Assembly (NCBI RefSeq): GCF_018350175.1
Contig: NC_058386.1
Location: 113,770,001-113,834,000, forward strand
Direction of reading: 5' to 3'
From: Felis catus
Taxonomy: Eukaryota
Length of the DNA stretch: 64,000 bases
Of the stretch, positions 11,893 to 24,333 are shown piece after piece; position 1 is the stretch's first letter, and each line of letters opens with the position of its first letter. The notes under the pieces were generated by a model. The model ran no database searches. It had not been told where the DNA came from and worked only from the letters and a program-made list of their open reading frames with translations. The position numbers were made by a program, and so were the translations under genes.

Positions 11893-12187
11893 CGAAGCGA
11901 TCTGAAGCAGCGTCACTCAAAGTATGGTCTGCAGACTTAGCGCTGATCTGTGAACTCTGCCACTAAGCACACTTTTTATTTCCTTCAGCTGACACTGTTT
12001 TTCCACAGCAAGACAGTAAGGCTCTCTTGATGAAGAAAGAAGGGCGTGGATTTACATTCTGGCACAAGCTCCTTATCTCAGCACTGACTTGGAAGGCATA
12101 ATTTCAGACCCAGCACCGATCCACGAACCACACTTTGAGGAGCACTTCCCTAAAGACAGTGGGTGGGGGCCACCATTCATTTTCTGA

Positions 12188-12250
12188 AGTGTATTCCTCG
12201 TCAAAGCTACACATTGCATCTCAAAGCTCAGCTTTGACGAGGAATACACT
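12188..12250. repeat. Perfect inverted repeat, 21-bp arms and 21-nt loop
   Basis: agtgtattcctcgtcaaagct (12188-12208) is the exact reverse complement of agctttgacgaggaatacact (12230-12250). Confidence 0.99.
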
Positions 12251-12938
12251 GATGCCCAGCACGGTGCTCCCCGAAGTATGTTTGGGGGACATGGATAGGT
12301 GTTACAAACAAACCGTGTTTGGTAGCTGGAAGATGTTCGCCACTGAATCGCCCAAAGTAAGATTCCTGACCTGTAAGACTCCTCAAAACCTTTCACATTC
12401 TCTTCTGATGAATTCAGACCCTCTACGAGTGGCATGGAATTTGGGAAATATGTATGTGACCACAGAATCTGTCTTTTCACAGAGATGCACGATCAGTGTT
12501 TCAGGAAACATCATTTGGAAAATATCCATCGGCTAATTATTGAAGAACATGTGAAAGAGAGTATAATTAGTCCCGCATTCTCTTCAACCAGGCCATCAAG
12601 TTATCACTGAAAACAAAAGACGAGGTGACAAGTGAAGCAGAGACAGCGGCACATTCCCGTGTGTCCCCTTAATACAGGGAGACCTCCATACATTAGGGTT
12701 GAGCTGGATTTGGGCAAACAGCTAAAAGTCATTCGGGCCATGCCTTTTCGGACAAGGAACACAGCCTACTTGGCTCCTATCATGCTGGGTCAGAATGGCA
12801 TATTTTCTTACGTGGCTTATCAACTGGCTGTGAAGAGAAAAAGAAAACAACAACGAGGAGTCGCTGAGGGATCAGACCCTCAGAAACAATCCCCAATGGA
12901 CGGATAATGGTTTCAAGTATCGGCACTTGGATTTTCAC

Positions 12939-12944
12939 TTTATT
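12939..12944 (-). terminator. Putative distal poly(A) signal AATAAA (minus strand)
   Basis: tttatt on +; U-rich upstream context and a GU/U-rich tract (cgttgttgttttctttttctc) downstream on the minus strand. Confidence 0.5.
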
Positions 12945-13548
12945 TTTTTTTAATTAAAATCGTCACCATACACTGTTATTCGGCCAATAAACCATTCAGA
13001 GCGTTCTCCCAGGGTGGTGTTATTTTAAACATTAAAAAAAAAAAAACCCACAAAAAACTTGAAACGGGTCATCAGTGTTGGCTTTGCACGGGAAATATTT
13101 GCCTTCAATATTAACCAAGGAAAACCTCAGCCAAGAGAGTTGTAAAGGAGAGACCACTTCTTCTCAGGAAAACGTCACCGCCAGCTCGATGGAAACACCT
13201 AGGCTCAAGTAAGAAAGGAGGCCTGTTGCTTTAGAAAGCGAGTCATCTTTTCTAGAAATGAACGGTTGTTAGTTTCTACTGTAAAGGTCAGCCTGGAGAT
13301 GGAGTTGAGATGCATATGACTAAAAAGAGAATAATAAATGCCCATCCTGGCCTGAAACTGAATTACTGGCTGTTAAGTATACTTCCTTGATCAAATTATG
13401 AGTTTTCCAGAGAGAAGAGACTATCTCCCCAAATATGACTGGATTTCGTGTTTGCTGCCATAGGTGGGAAATAGGACCCAAGAGAGAATGTGCTGTTACT
13501 AGTTTCCTGATGCTTTAGGACATAAGTTGTCTATTAAGAATTAGCTGA

Positions 13549-13773
13549 GGGGCACCCGGGTGGCTCAGTCGGTTAAGCGTCCGACTTCGGCTCGGGTCAT
13601 GATCTCCCGGTCCGTGAGTTCGAGCCCCGCGTCGGGCTCTGTGCGGACCGCTCAGAGCCTGGAGCCTGCTTCCGATTCTGGATCTTTCCATCTCTCGGCC
13701 CCTCCCCTGCTCATGCTCTGTGTGTCTCTGTCTCTTAATAATAGGTAAACGTTAAAAAAAATTTTTTTTAAAA
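13549..13773 (+). mobile_element. SINEC_Fc Can-SINE with TSD aagaattagctga
   Basis: TSD at 13536-13548 and 13774-13786. Confidence 0.97.
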
Positions 13774-16700
13774 AAGAATTAGCTGACATGCAACAGAGAG
13801 GAACACATTTGAATACTTTCTGGGGAGAGGATAGTGTTTATTCATTACTAATCACCAAGGCCTTCAGATTTCTGGCTTTAATTTGGCTTCAATTTGGACC
13901 GGTTTTGAAATCCTTCTTGTGACTCTGCAATTAAGCTGCCATTTGCTTCAATGAGCAAAGAAAACTCTCCGGTGCTGTTTTGTCATCCTGCAGGTACTAC
14001 ATCAAAGGCAAGGTGACCCTAAGTGATAGTTATTTTGAAATGAAAAGATTAAGAATAAAGTCTTGTATCTCTTCAGAGTCACCCGAACATACGGCTCCAT
14101 GTTTTTCTAATAAAAGAGGAAAACCCCCTCGATTCTCGTCCTCAAGGGGACAGATATGGAACCCAGTTACATCCGTTCTGAAAGTCAAGACGTTTTCAAG
14201 GTATCAAGCATCAGAGGTTGCTTGGTTTTTTATCAAACTAGTAAGCCAAATGCTATGAGACCCATTGCTCTCAAAAGGTTAATTATTATTAAAATGAGGA
14301 AGACAGGAGACAACAACGTTGAAGAAAAGCTAAGGATGGAAATAAAGACATTTCCCTTCGCCTGTTTCCTTAATATTCTTCTACCTTCCTCCTCCCCTAC
14401 CACTGAGGCCAGACTGATGATATCCATGGGATCATATTCTCTTTCTGGTGTAAAGAAACCAAGGCGACATGAGAGTGGCAGTCATTGGCGCTAGTTACAA
14501 ATATGGCCCCTTAACATTTGGCTTTCTTTTGGTTGGTAAAATCTGCCGTACCTCATCACCACTCTGGAGCACAGATTCTCTTCTCCTCCAACCAAAGTCA
14601 CTACGGTTGGATGCCTCTCTGAATTAAAAGGTTATAGACGTCCTGAGGGAGATGGAATATATAGATATTTAAATCACAGGAAAGCAGGACTGTAAGAAAA
14701 AAGCCAAATGCTTGATTAAAAGACGGTGGGTGACAAACCCCTGCGCTCCATCACATTTTCCTGTATTGTGTTAACTCCTTCAAATTTACTATGGTAATCA
14801 GGATTTTTAATCCTAAAAGCAAAGGCTGGAAATCCATGATTTATGTTTCTCAGTAGATTTTCAACAGTGTCACCTTGCAAGCCCGGGTATCTTGGTGTGA
14901 TTCTTTTGAACAACCTTCAAACATCAGTAAACGCCCTATGACTGGCATTTAGGAAGCAGCAGCTATGAGGATAATAGACTGGCTTTCAAAAGTTACTCTA
15001 AATCAGTGATTTCATTTTGGCACACACGACAACGAAAGAAAGAAGAAAGCTACAAGGCTTGTCTTTTCTCTTGCCAAAAGGCTCCTGGAACAGTAAGAAA
15101 ACAAGATTTTGGTAATAACCTCCCCTCTCCATGTGGCTTTCTTACAACAGAGCGTTGTTGGTACTGAGCCACGATAGACGCTCAGACACTTGTATGTGTG
15201 TCTTCGGCCAAATTCCGGTACTCACATAAGATTACATCATAAGTGGTTTTTATGGAAATAATCACATCACTGAAAATCACAAGCATTCGGAACAGATTAA
15301 AGAACTTATTTTGGAACGGGCTGTTCAGAAATAGAAACCTGGTTTTGGCAAAGTGCAATTTGGCCTTAGTGTATCCTGAAAAGCCAGCGGGATATTTCCG
15401 TCCTTCAATGTATGATTTCACGTGCATTCTGAGGTCCCTGGACACAATACAAAAATACCTTTTAAAAGAGAGAAGACCGTGAACCGTAAATAAACGATCT
15501 GTACCAAATCTCAAGCGGTCATAAACTATGAGAATCATCTGGCCCTCACAAAGACGTCACCAATCAAAAGAAACACCAAGACTTGGTCTATAATAACATA
15601 AAAAGAGTTGGTCGGTTTCTATCAATTCAGTAAGAAGAAAATTAATGGCAACTTTATCACAACGTACATAAAGCTCTTTAGCCTAGTTTCATCATTTCCA
15701 AAACTTACCCCATTCAAACTTTTATTTTCCTCTCAAGTTTCAAAGAAGTTTTCATTTCTCGCTTGAGGGTTATAGAAAAACCACCTCATTAGAAGGGGGT
15801 CATACTGCCAAGGTTGGCATTGCACAGATCCTGTCCATTGCCTTCACATGAGGTGGGACCGGTGGGCACCCACAGCCAAGGTCAATTAAGGTCTCATGCT
15901 TTGGCACAGATACCACGAGAGGAACTCTCTTCAAAATGCTTCACATGATATTGACATGTTTCAAGGTGTGGATATAGTTTGGAACTGAGATTCTGTTTGT
16001 ATTAAAGAGGCCTTTCGTTTCTACCAACTGTAACAACATGTTATAGCAACCTTAAGCGAAAACTAATGACTGTACTTTGCGGCCTCGAAAACAAACATCT
16101 TCCAGAATGACCACCGAGCCCTTCCAAACCCGCGGTCACTCCACCTCCTGGAAATGACGAGCTTTGGTATCCTACGTGAAGTAAGCATGCTCATTTGTTG
16201 GCATAGTTTCCTGATTTATCCTAGATCTCTTCCACAGCACGATCGCTTTCGTCCCCGTCTAAGGTCTTCGGGACCCTGCTAATTTGTACAGAGTGTTTTC
16301 ATTTCAAGGTCTGGGTCTGCCATTAACTTCTGGGACCTTGTTTGAAGGGAGTACGGCGAAATTGTAAACAGTATTCAAATGTCATTCCAGAAAACCTATA
16401 ATGGGTCTGATACTATTTACACATCACCCACAGGAGTGAGGAGGGAGATATTAGCTTCACTATTCCAGGGGACCTGGAGGAGGGCAAGATCAGGAAAATC
16501 AAAGCATACAAGTGAAAGAATGACAGTCACATTAAGCACGGTGGCAGCCACTGAATGTGTGGATGAAACGACAGATTAAAAATTGTCCAAACCTTGTCTA
16601 AGGAGTTTAACTGCTACCCGTTCTCTAAAGGATTCTTCATGTCTGAAAACATTCGTAACGGTAAACACAATACGCTCCAGATGATATTTTGCAAATTCAC

Positions 16701-16957
16701 AGAGCCTGAAAAATCGTATGTAATAAGAAAAGGGATGGGGGTGTAAATTTAGTTATTCAACTGTATTTTCCTTAAATCTGAGTATTGTTAAAACAATTTG
16801 AAGTAAGTTTCTAACTGCTTGCTTGACTGAATTTAACCAGGTGCTTCTTAAATTGCTTCTTTTTCTTGCTCAAATCAAAATTGGTTTTTCAGGCTGATGT
16901 GCAAGTAGAAAAACAGTATAGCATCTGTAACACGAATATTCCATTATATTATATATG

Positions 16958-16963
16958 TTTAAT
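16958..16963 (-). terminator. Putative proximal poly(A) signal ATTAAA (minus strand)
   Basis: tttaat on + within an AU-rich block preceded on the minus strand by U-rich sequence. Confidence 0.3.
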
Positions 16964-18332
16964 GTATATCATTATATAATAAACGGCATAGATCTCTCAT
17001 ACGGATACTGGTTTTATACTTGTAAACACACACTTGTAAGAAAGAAAGAAGAACAAGAGAAAACAAGCAAAACACGCGTCCGTCGTGCACAAACCTTCGG
17101 GCTCTTGTCAACTCTTTTCTTTTAGAGAAAAGAAAGCAGAAAATATTGCAGTGCATCGTATATAGTAAAGTAATTGTCACTGGTTGAAAGCTTTTGTTTC
17201 ATTGAAGCATAAGATCAAGTTGGCATCTTCTGTACTAACCCACCAAAAGATTTCGTTTACTCACTGTAAAGGGGTCACCATTTACATCTCCAGATGAGCA
17301 AGGGCTGACATCAGAACTCCTACCCAAAGGAGACAGCTTGGATACCACAGTATGGGCAGTAACAAACGTAAACGCTCTAGTCTATTGCTGAAATACAAAT
17401 GAACACAGAAAAACGTACACTTCTCCTTTTTTGCCGATGAACATGGAGAACTCCATTGGGAAGCGAGGAGAAGGGAGACTCTGAGGTGTAAAGAACTTGG
17501 TACCAGAACTGTGGGCTCGAGTCAATTTGGAGTACTTTCCTTTACCCACCAAACTTTAAACAGAACCACATGGCAGTATTTTCTTTTCTAGGTCAGAAAG
17601 ACAGCTGTAAGGGAGAGACCCAGCATGTTGCAAAAGGACAACTTGAAATAGGGACAAAGTCGCTTTTAGAAATCACACCAGAGCCATTTACGCAAAAGTG
17701 TATGCCAAAGGACAGGGGCACTTTTTGGTCACTTTCGTTGTTGTTCGCCCGGAAACCTCATCACTGGTATCGGATGTGCAGGGGACAGAGGCTGTTTCAC
17801 AGTAAGTAATTAGCAACATACAGGACACTTCTCAAATGTCCTGGGGTGGGGGGGTGGGGGTGGGGGAAGGTGCGAATGCTCTTTCTAGACCGACGAGGTA
17901 CTTTAGAGAGAGATTTGTAGCACGGATTGCGGTGAACACGCTATTGACCTCAGTTTACGTTACGGCAAGTGGACTTTTCCAAACCTGTACTCGAGCTGAA
18001 AGGAAAAACAAACTACTCATAGTTTCCTTGAGGCATGCATTTCACGATGGCAAACTAAGTAGATGATGAGCATTCTTCGAGCGCAATGCAGAAGCCGTAT
18101 GGAGTGGAGGAGACTTAGAAAATTTGGGACAATCCTCTCACGATTTCATTTTGGAAGCATCATTCCTCAGCCGACTGCTGTTTCAGGAATGCAAGGTGAT
18201 GGGAACAGACGTGGCCAGATGTTGGCTACAGGAGCAAGCGACTTCAGCAGCCAAAATGGGGCAATGTCAGGACAGCAGCGGAAAACGCTTTGGGCTACGA
18301 GAAGCAGGGGGCTGCCCGCGCGCTGTGCCAGG

Positions 18333-18382
18333 GATGACTGTGTTATACAGCGTCCCATCTGAGCCTGCATAACACAGTCACC
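18333..18382 (-). other. RNA-type stem-loop (18-bp stem with 2 G-U pairs on the minus strand, 14-nt loop)
   Basis: gatgactgtgttatacag ... ctgcataacacagtcacc; both + strand mismatches are A-C, which become G-U on the minus strand. Confidence 0.75.
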
Positions 18383-18532
18383 GGCGAGCCAGGGGCCTCC
18401 TAACCATGTCAGGGGCCGAACAACATACAGCACACCAGGGGGGCAATGCACAGTCAAAGAAAAGAGAGAGAAAGAAAGAAGAACGAGAGAAAACAAGCAA
18501 AACACGCGTCCGTCGTGCACAAACCTTCGGGC

Positions 18533-18744
18533 NNNNNNNNNNNNNNNNNNNNNNNNNNNNNNNNNNNNNNNNNNNNNNNNNNNNNNNNNNNNNNNNNNNN
18601 NNNNNNNNNNNNNNNNNNNNNNNNNNNNNNNNNNNNNNNNNNNNNNNNNNNNNNNNNNNNNNNNNNNNNNNNNNNNNNNNNNNNNNNNNNNNNNNNNNNN
18701 NNNNNNNNNNNNNNNNNNNNNNNNNNNNNNNNNNNNNNNNNNNN
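18533..18744. other. Assembly gap (N-run)
   Basis: 212 N; other N-runs at 10649-10875, 25577-25716, 51974-52338, 52769-52900, 53392-53542 and 55232-55530. Confidence 1.
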
Positions 18745-21700
18745 CGAACGTCTTAAATCACATCTACTCCCAGGGAAGACTAAAGAAACAACATTCCTGA
18801 GAAAAGTTGCAAAGAAAACCGTGTAACAGCTCGCTAGTGGCTCTTTTTTAGGGGCCGGCTTAAAAATAACAAAGCCCTGACTCAACTACCCATCCCTCTG
18901 TTTCGAGTTCAGATACAACATAGACATTTGCAGGTGATGTCCACCAATTATCAGCGCATTCCTTTATGCTTCCTTCCTCGGAGAACCTGGCTGGCTTCAA
19001 GTGCAACATACACCGGGCCGGACAGAAGATTCGAGGGCGCTGCTTTATTTAACCTTTGATTTGCAAAGAGAACCGGGGCTGTTGCAAATACTCTTCAGAC
19101 CTTCAGAACCCCTTCACGAACACAAGGGGTTCCAGTTGCGAGCCCGACACCCAACAGTGGATCTGGATCAAAGACCTACCTGGTTGAGGAGCTGGAAGGC
19201 CAGGACCCGGTTCACTAATTTTGGCCTTAGATCTACGCCAAGCCCCTCTCGGCTCCCCTTTTCTTTCCAGACCCTTTCTGCATTTCCCAAGCCAAGACCG
19301 TGAACGTCTAGCACCCTCTCCCGGAAAAAAAAACACGGGGTCCGCTTTCATGGGGTCTACCGCAGCGTTCTTGAGCCCCCAAACCGCCCACCCAAGGGGG
19401 TGCAAATTTGATCCGCGTTGGCAGAAACAGGGAACTGACCCCAGAGTGGATTTTTTTTTCCTCTTTCACACCCTTCCCAGTGAGGCCATTCCATTTTGCC
19501 AGGAGTGAGTCAGTGCCTCTGAAGCTGTGATTAATGGCAGGCTGACTCATTCTACTCCCCCAAATGCATACACTTAGCATGCATTTAGAAGGACCCGTAT
19601 CGCCAGCAAGCTTCCTATGGGGAGAATCATGCTGCGGTGTTTGTAAACTACAAACAGCCTACGGTTGACATTAGGTGGGACCTGAAGCTTCTGTGTTTGG
19701 CAAAACGCTCCCGGCTCGTTACCGGCTGGGATTTTAATGACCTTTAAGAACTTACTTTCATGTTCGGGTAAAAATGGTATCAAAACCAACAAAACTGCCA
19801 AATTAGCATTATGAGTTTAGAACAAGTTCTTGATAGATGGCTTGTGTGTGGAACTGTTGTCTTCCTTTATAAGTCATTGAATTATGCACGAAGGTGATGA
19901 ATATTTTAGTCAGCTCTCTTTCTATTTTCCTCTCGCATTCAGCAGCAGTAATCAAAAATATTGTATAGGCACACCCTCACAGTTTTCCTGGCGGAGAGTT
20001 CCCTTCATCTACTAGGAATGTGACTATAACTCCATAGAATCTCGTTGTGAAATGCACATCTTTGCTAGCAACAGCTGCTATTCAAAACATTTGCAGCCAT
20101 TTCCTGCTATGAGCAGATAGTTATGATAATATAGACACTTATCAAATTCCAGCATCGCAGCTGAAGACCGATTCTGGTTTTACCACCCAAAATATTTAAA
20201 GGAAACCTCCCAAACTTGGAGCCCTTTAAAAAAAGAAACTCCCATGATTCTACAGAAGCTGAGAAATTCCATTCTCATGCGCCGTACATAAGAGACGTGT
20301 TTTAAGATCAAAGGACAATTGGAGCAGTGAGAAGACAACAACTTTTTGATAATACACGGGGAACCTGTCATTCAGAAGCACTTGATAGACATCAGTACAT
20401 TGTCTCCCACGATCATGTTTCAGTACCAACAATGACGTCACAAATGGGCATTTCCGGAGATTAATGGCAGACTGAAGCTCATAGCCTTTCGCTGACTCTC
20501 CAGCCATCAGCTTTTCCCAGCTGGTCATTAATTCCCAGAAAATGCCTTGCGCTGCCATCATTATTGTTTAATTAGATACAACTGGTTATCTGTAACATAC
20601 AACAAAATTCTAATAAAAGCGACATGCTGACTGATACAAGAACCAGCCCCCAAATTCATCACGATGGGAAAGCACGAAGGGCACAAAAGTGCAAGATAAT
20701 TGCTTTCCACAAAATTCTCGCCCTCCTGTTCTTCCTTCAGATTGAATTCAGCAAGTGCAAAGGGAAATTGTGAACATCTGGGAGTTAATGGCTCGGCTTT
20801 GGGTCTCAGGCCGTCTCTGCTCAATGCCCCAAACATCAGTCAATTCAGGCAAAACAGAAAAAAAGTCAATCTTGCAAAAGTGGCGGTGTACAGGCAACAC
20901 CTCACACGGGTCTATCAAATCTTTGAACTTGAGGATATTCTGCATAAAAAATTAAAACTATTACATCAAAGCCATTTATTCCCAGGGCTCCCTCAAGTAG
21001 GACAGTGGCTGTATGTGCAATGACAGCAACAGGATGGACAGGGGACTTGCCACGGGACCCCAGCACTAGGGCAGGTGGGCACCTTCATTGCATTTCTCTT
21101 AAAAAAGGGCTAAGGATGCAAAGTTTCCATGGAGCATCAGCTCTATGAAAGGGAGAGGAGGCTCGTGAAGAAGCTCATCAAAAGAGGAAAAAAGAATGTG
21201 ATTCTTCTTTCCTTGGCTTAGTCTAATGTTTTCTGCCATTTTCCCCCTTCTGGTGCATTTCCTTCTTGCACATGACCGCTCTGTTTTGAAAACCACTTCT
21301 GTTCATTTGAACCATTTGTCCACATGTATTCAATGACTCGTGCTACCCTCCCCAATATTAGATTTATCCAATCTTGGAGGTAGACAGATGACTCCAGTGC
21401 TGAGGTAGACAACGGATTTACACAAAGCCTCCTCCAGTTTCAGAAATTCAAGATGGTAAGAGTGGCTCCTGGTTGATCTCTGGACCATGAGGCCCGTGCT
21501 CTGAGAAAGGTTGCTGAGCCCCATGACCATAGCTACCGAGGGGTGGGCCTCTGCCGGGAAACTGCACACACACAGCCAGTGCCCTTGGCCTTGATCATCC
21601 AGCCCACCTACTCGGGAATTCCAAAGTCCCACAGGACTGGCCGAAAGTTGGGAGAAGACGAGCGCACGCACGCAAATCCACACATCCAGACACACAGACA

Positions 21701-23339
21701 CTGGCAGGTGGCATACTCAGACATGGAAGGGACGAGAATAAGTGACCTTAGGGGTGAGATGATAGTTAGGAGCACAATTTATGGAAGAACTAGGGCCTGT
21801 TATAAAAGGTGTTCTGTTGACTAACCATTCAGGTGGGCAAGCCTGCATCTAGAATTGGTTTCCCAGCAGCAGGACTGGATTGTCACTAAACCATCCCCAC
21901 TCTCTATGTCTCTCAGCAATCACCAAGATCAAGGACGGGGGGGAGGGTGCGGGGGGCAGCCACGGCAAGGGAAGGGAGTTTAAGTCTAAGCCTGATGACC
22001 TGGCCTAAGCTACTCATGTTCACAGAAATACAGTATTCCCATTTTAAACTAGACATAAAGAAAGCAGCAATCTATATCGAAACTTAGTTATTGATAAAAT
22101 AAAAAAAAATGATCCCAATGCAATGCACCTTTTAAATATGTTTTTAATCGGAGAAGTTAACATTTATCCCTATGTTGACAAAACATCCAGTGGCTTTACT
22201 CCACAACTTTTACCAACAAATACAACTTTGGCTACATAAAACAACTACCCGAATATTTACTAGGATCACAAACACTACAATGTCATCCTCCGTGTTATTC
22301 CAAACAAAATCTCTTCAGAGATGATTACATAAGGAAAATAAAACTCAGGAAGGGGAAGTAACTAGACAAGTCGCAGAGTCATTGGAAAAGCCCAGCCTGG
22401 AAGCCAGGATTCCAGTGTGTTTACCGGCAAACCTAAAGTAAGACTGCTTTGTATCACTAGCGATATATTAAGAAGGCATTGGGATCTTTAGTATGACTTA
22501 GCTTAAAAGATTACCCCTGTCTCCAACAAATTTTTCTTCCTTTATTCAAAGATGGGAAGGCCACCAGAGACAGCCTAGGACACTAGACAACGCCACACAG
22601 GCACCTGGCCCCCTCACCAGGCCACTGTAATTCACAAGGCTTGCTGGCTTGAAGCTGGAAATCGTTAACAAGCCCTCAATTATTGGATGATGTTGTTGTT
22701 TTGCTCTCAAGTGAACTCTTCCCAGAGATGACTCAACATACTTAATTAATGCTACATGATTTTAAATCAAAGCAGATCTGAGATCGCCAGGGCGACGGAA
22801 ACGAAATGATTGGGGCTACCCATCGAAGCCATTACACGTATGTTAGTGACTCCAACAAGCAAATACATAAAAACCCCCATGAATCAGAAAGCGTGGCCAA
22901 CTATACACATTAGCAAATGTCCTCACATAATGAGAAAGAAGGTGAGGAGAAAATGGAGTAATTGGAGCCACAGGCTGAGTTAGCTCAAGACCTCCATTTC
23001 GCCTTCCAGATAACTATCATGCACTTATCTGTATATGATATTCAAGCTTTACTGCTACAGTGGGCACGATCAAGATGGCAGGTTTAAATGTACACGAGTA
23101 ACTTAAGTAAGTAATTCACTGAATGGATTTGAATACTGACGCAAAAACAACTTAAAATGCTTCTAGAAATTTCAGTTGCCTTCTTGGCAACCTCCCCCGT
23201 CTCCATTCAGCCCTCTCAACCGCCATCAGGACTTTCTCCAAACTTTGCTTGTTCAGGCCGATTTGTTCTTTTCCCGGCAGAATGAAATGCCGACTCCCTC
23301 TCATCGTGGCTTCCCACCTCCTCAGTTCCATTATTGCCT

Positions 23340-23700
23340 CATTGCTTCTTACTCACGCTAGCTGTTCCATGAGTACCCAGGATACGGTAGGCTTTTTCCT
23401 GCCTCAAGGCCTTGTCCTTGCCGTTCACTATGACGCCCCCTTTATGTCTTTCAGGGCTCTACCTAAATGTCACCCCTTCGGAGATGTCTTCTCCGCTGCC
23501 TTAGGTAGATCTGTACTTGTCACATCTGCGATTTGTAAATGCCCGTAGGTATGCCTGCGTGTCTGTGTGCATGGATGCGTGTGTCTTGTCTCACTCTCCC
23601 CACAAGAAGACAAGCTCTCTGAAGCAGGCACGTTATTTGTCTCATTTATCACTCTATATGGGGGGTCCAGCATAGCGCCTCACTGGTAATACACAGGCTT
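23340..23700 (+). mobile_element. L2 3' end
   Basis: caaggccttgtccttgcc...acaagctctctgaagcaggcac...ccagcatagcgcctc. Confidence 0.65.
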
Positions 23701-23893
23701 AAGAATTCTCATTAGTCAAATGGAGAATGCCCTCTTTCTTCACGCAGGCTTCCCACAAAGCTACGGTAAACAGCTCACTCTAACTCTTGATTTCCATATT
23801 ACCTGGTTGGAAATTTATCTTGTCGTGTCTTGGGACAGCTTTTTGGTTATTATCATAGGCTTTTACTGAAAAGGTAGGTTGGTAATTATTTTC

Positions 23894-24115
23894 TTGAAAA
23901 AAAAATTTTTTTGACATTTATTTATTTTTGAGAGGGAGAGGGACAGAGCGCAGGTGGGGGAGGGGCTGAGAGAGAGGGAGACACAGAATTCGAAGCAGGC
24001 TCCAGGCTCCGAGCTGTCAGCACAGAGCCCGACGCGGGGCTCGGACTCACGGACTGCGAGATCACGACCTGAGCTGAACTCGGATGCTTAACTGACTGAG
24101 CCACCCAGGCGCCCC
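23894..24115 (-). mobile_element. SINEC_Fc Can-SINE
   Basis: Low-divergence body; TSD aattattttc. Confidence 0.96.
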
Positions 24116-24333
24116 AGAAAATTATTTTCATATATATGTCTTTCCTCCACAACTTACTTGACTGTAAATTCCCAGAGGGCAAGAACCATGTCTTTTGGCA
24201 TCATCTTTGCTTTCCCTAACGGCCTACAATGCTTTGCACGCATAAGGTCACTGACTCTCTGGGGGACCTGTGGAATGCCACTTTGCCTCTGAGCCTCAGC
24301 TTTCCCATTTCAAAAATAAGTGGTGTGGACCAG

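Larger units (their letters stand above)
12915..22330 (-). other. Putative long 3' terminal exon / 3'UTR of an unidentified minus-strand transcript
   Basis: Repeat-poor, non-coding, strongly U-rich on the minus strand, with AATAAA/ATTAAA signals and miRNA-seed-like motifs; no upstream coding exon recognised, so the 5' boundary is uncertain. Confidence 0.4.

Noticed and set aside
19106-19270. 9-bp hairpin and a strong-looking + strand acceptor (…ttttctttccag at 19270)
   Set aside because: The hairpin is at chance level; the putative branch point is followed by intervening AGs; no paired donor was found.
21330-21701. Possible last coding exon on the minus strand (three frames examined)
   Set aside because: No recognisable protein, no convincing acceptor, and UTR-like sequence continues upstream.
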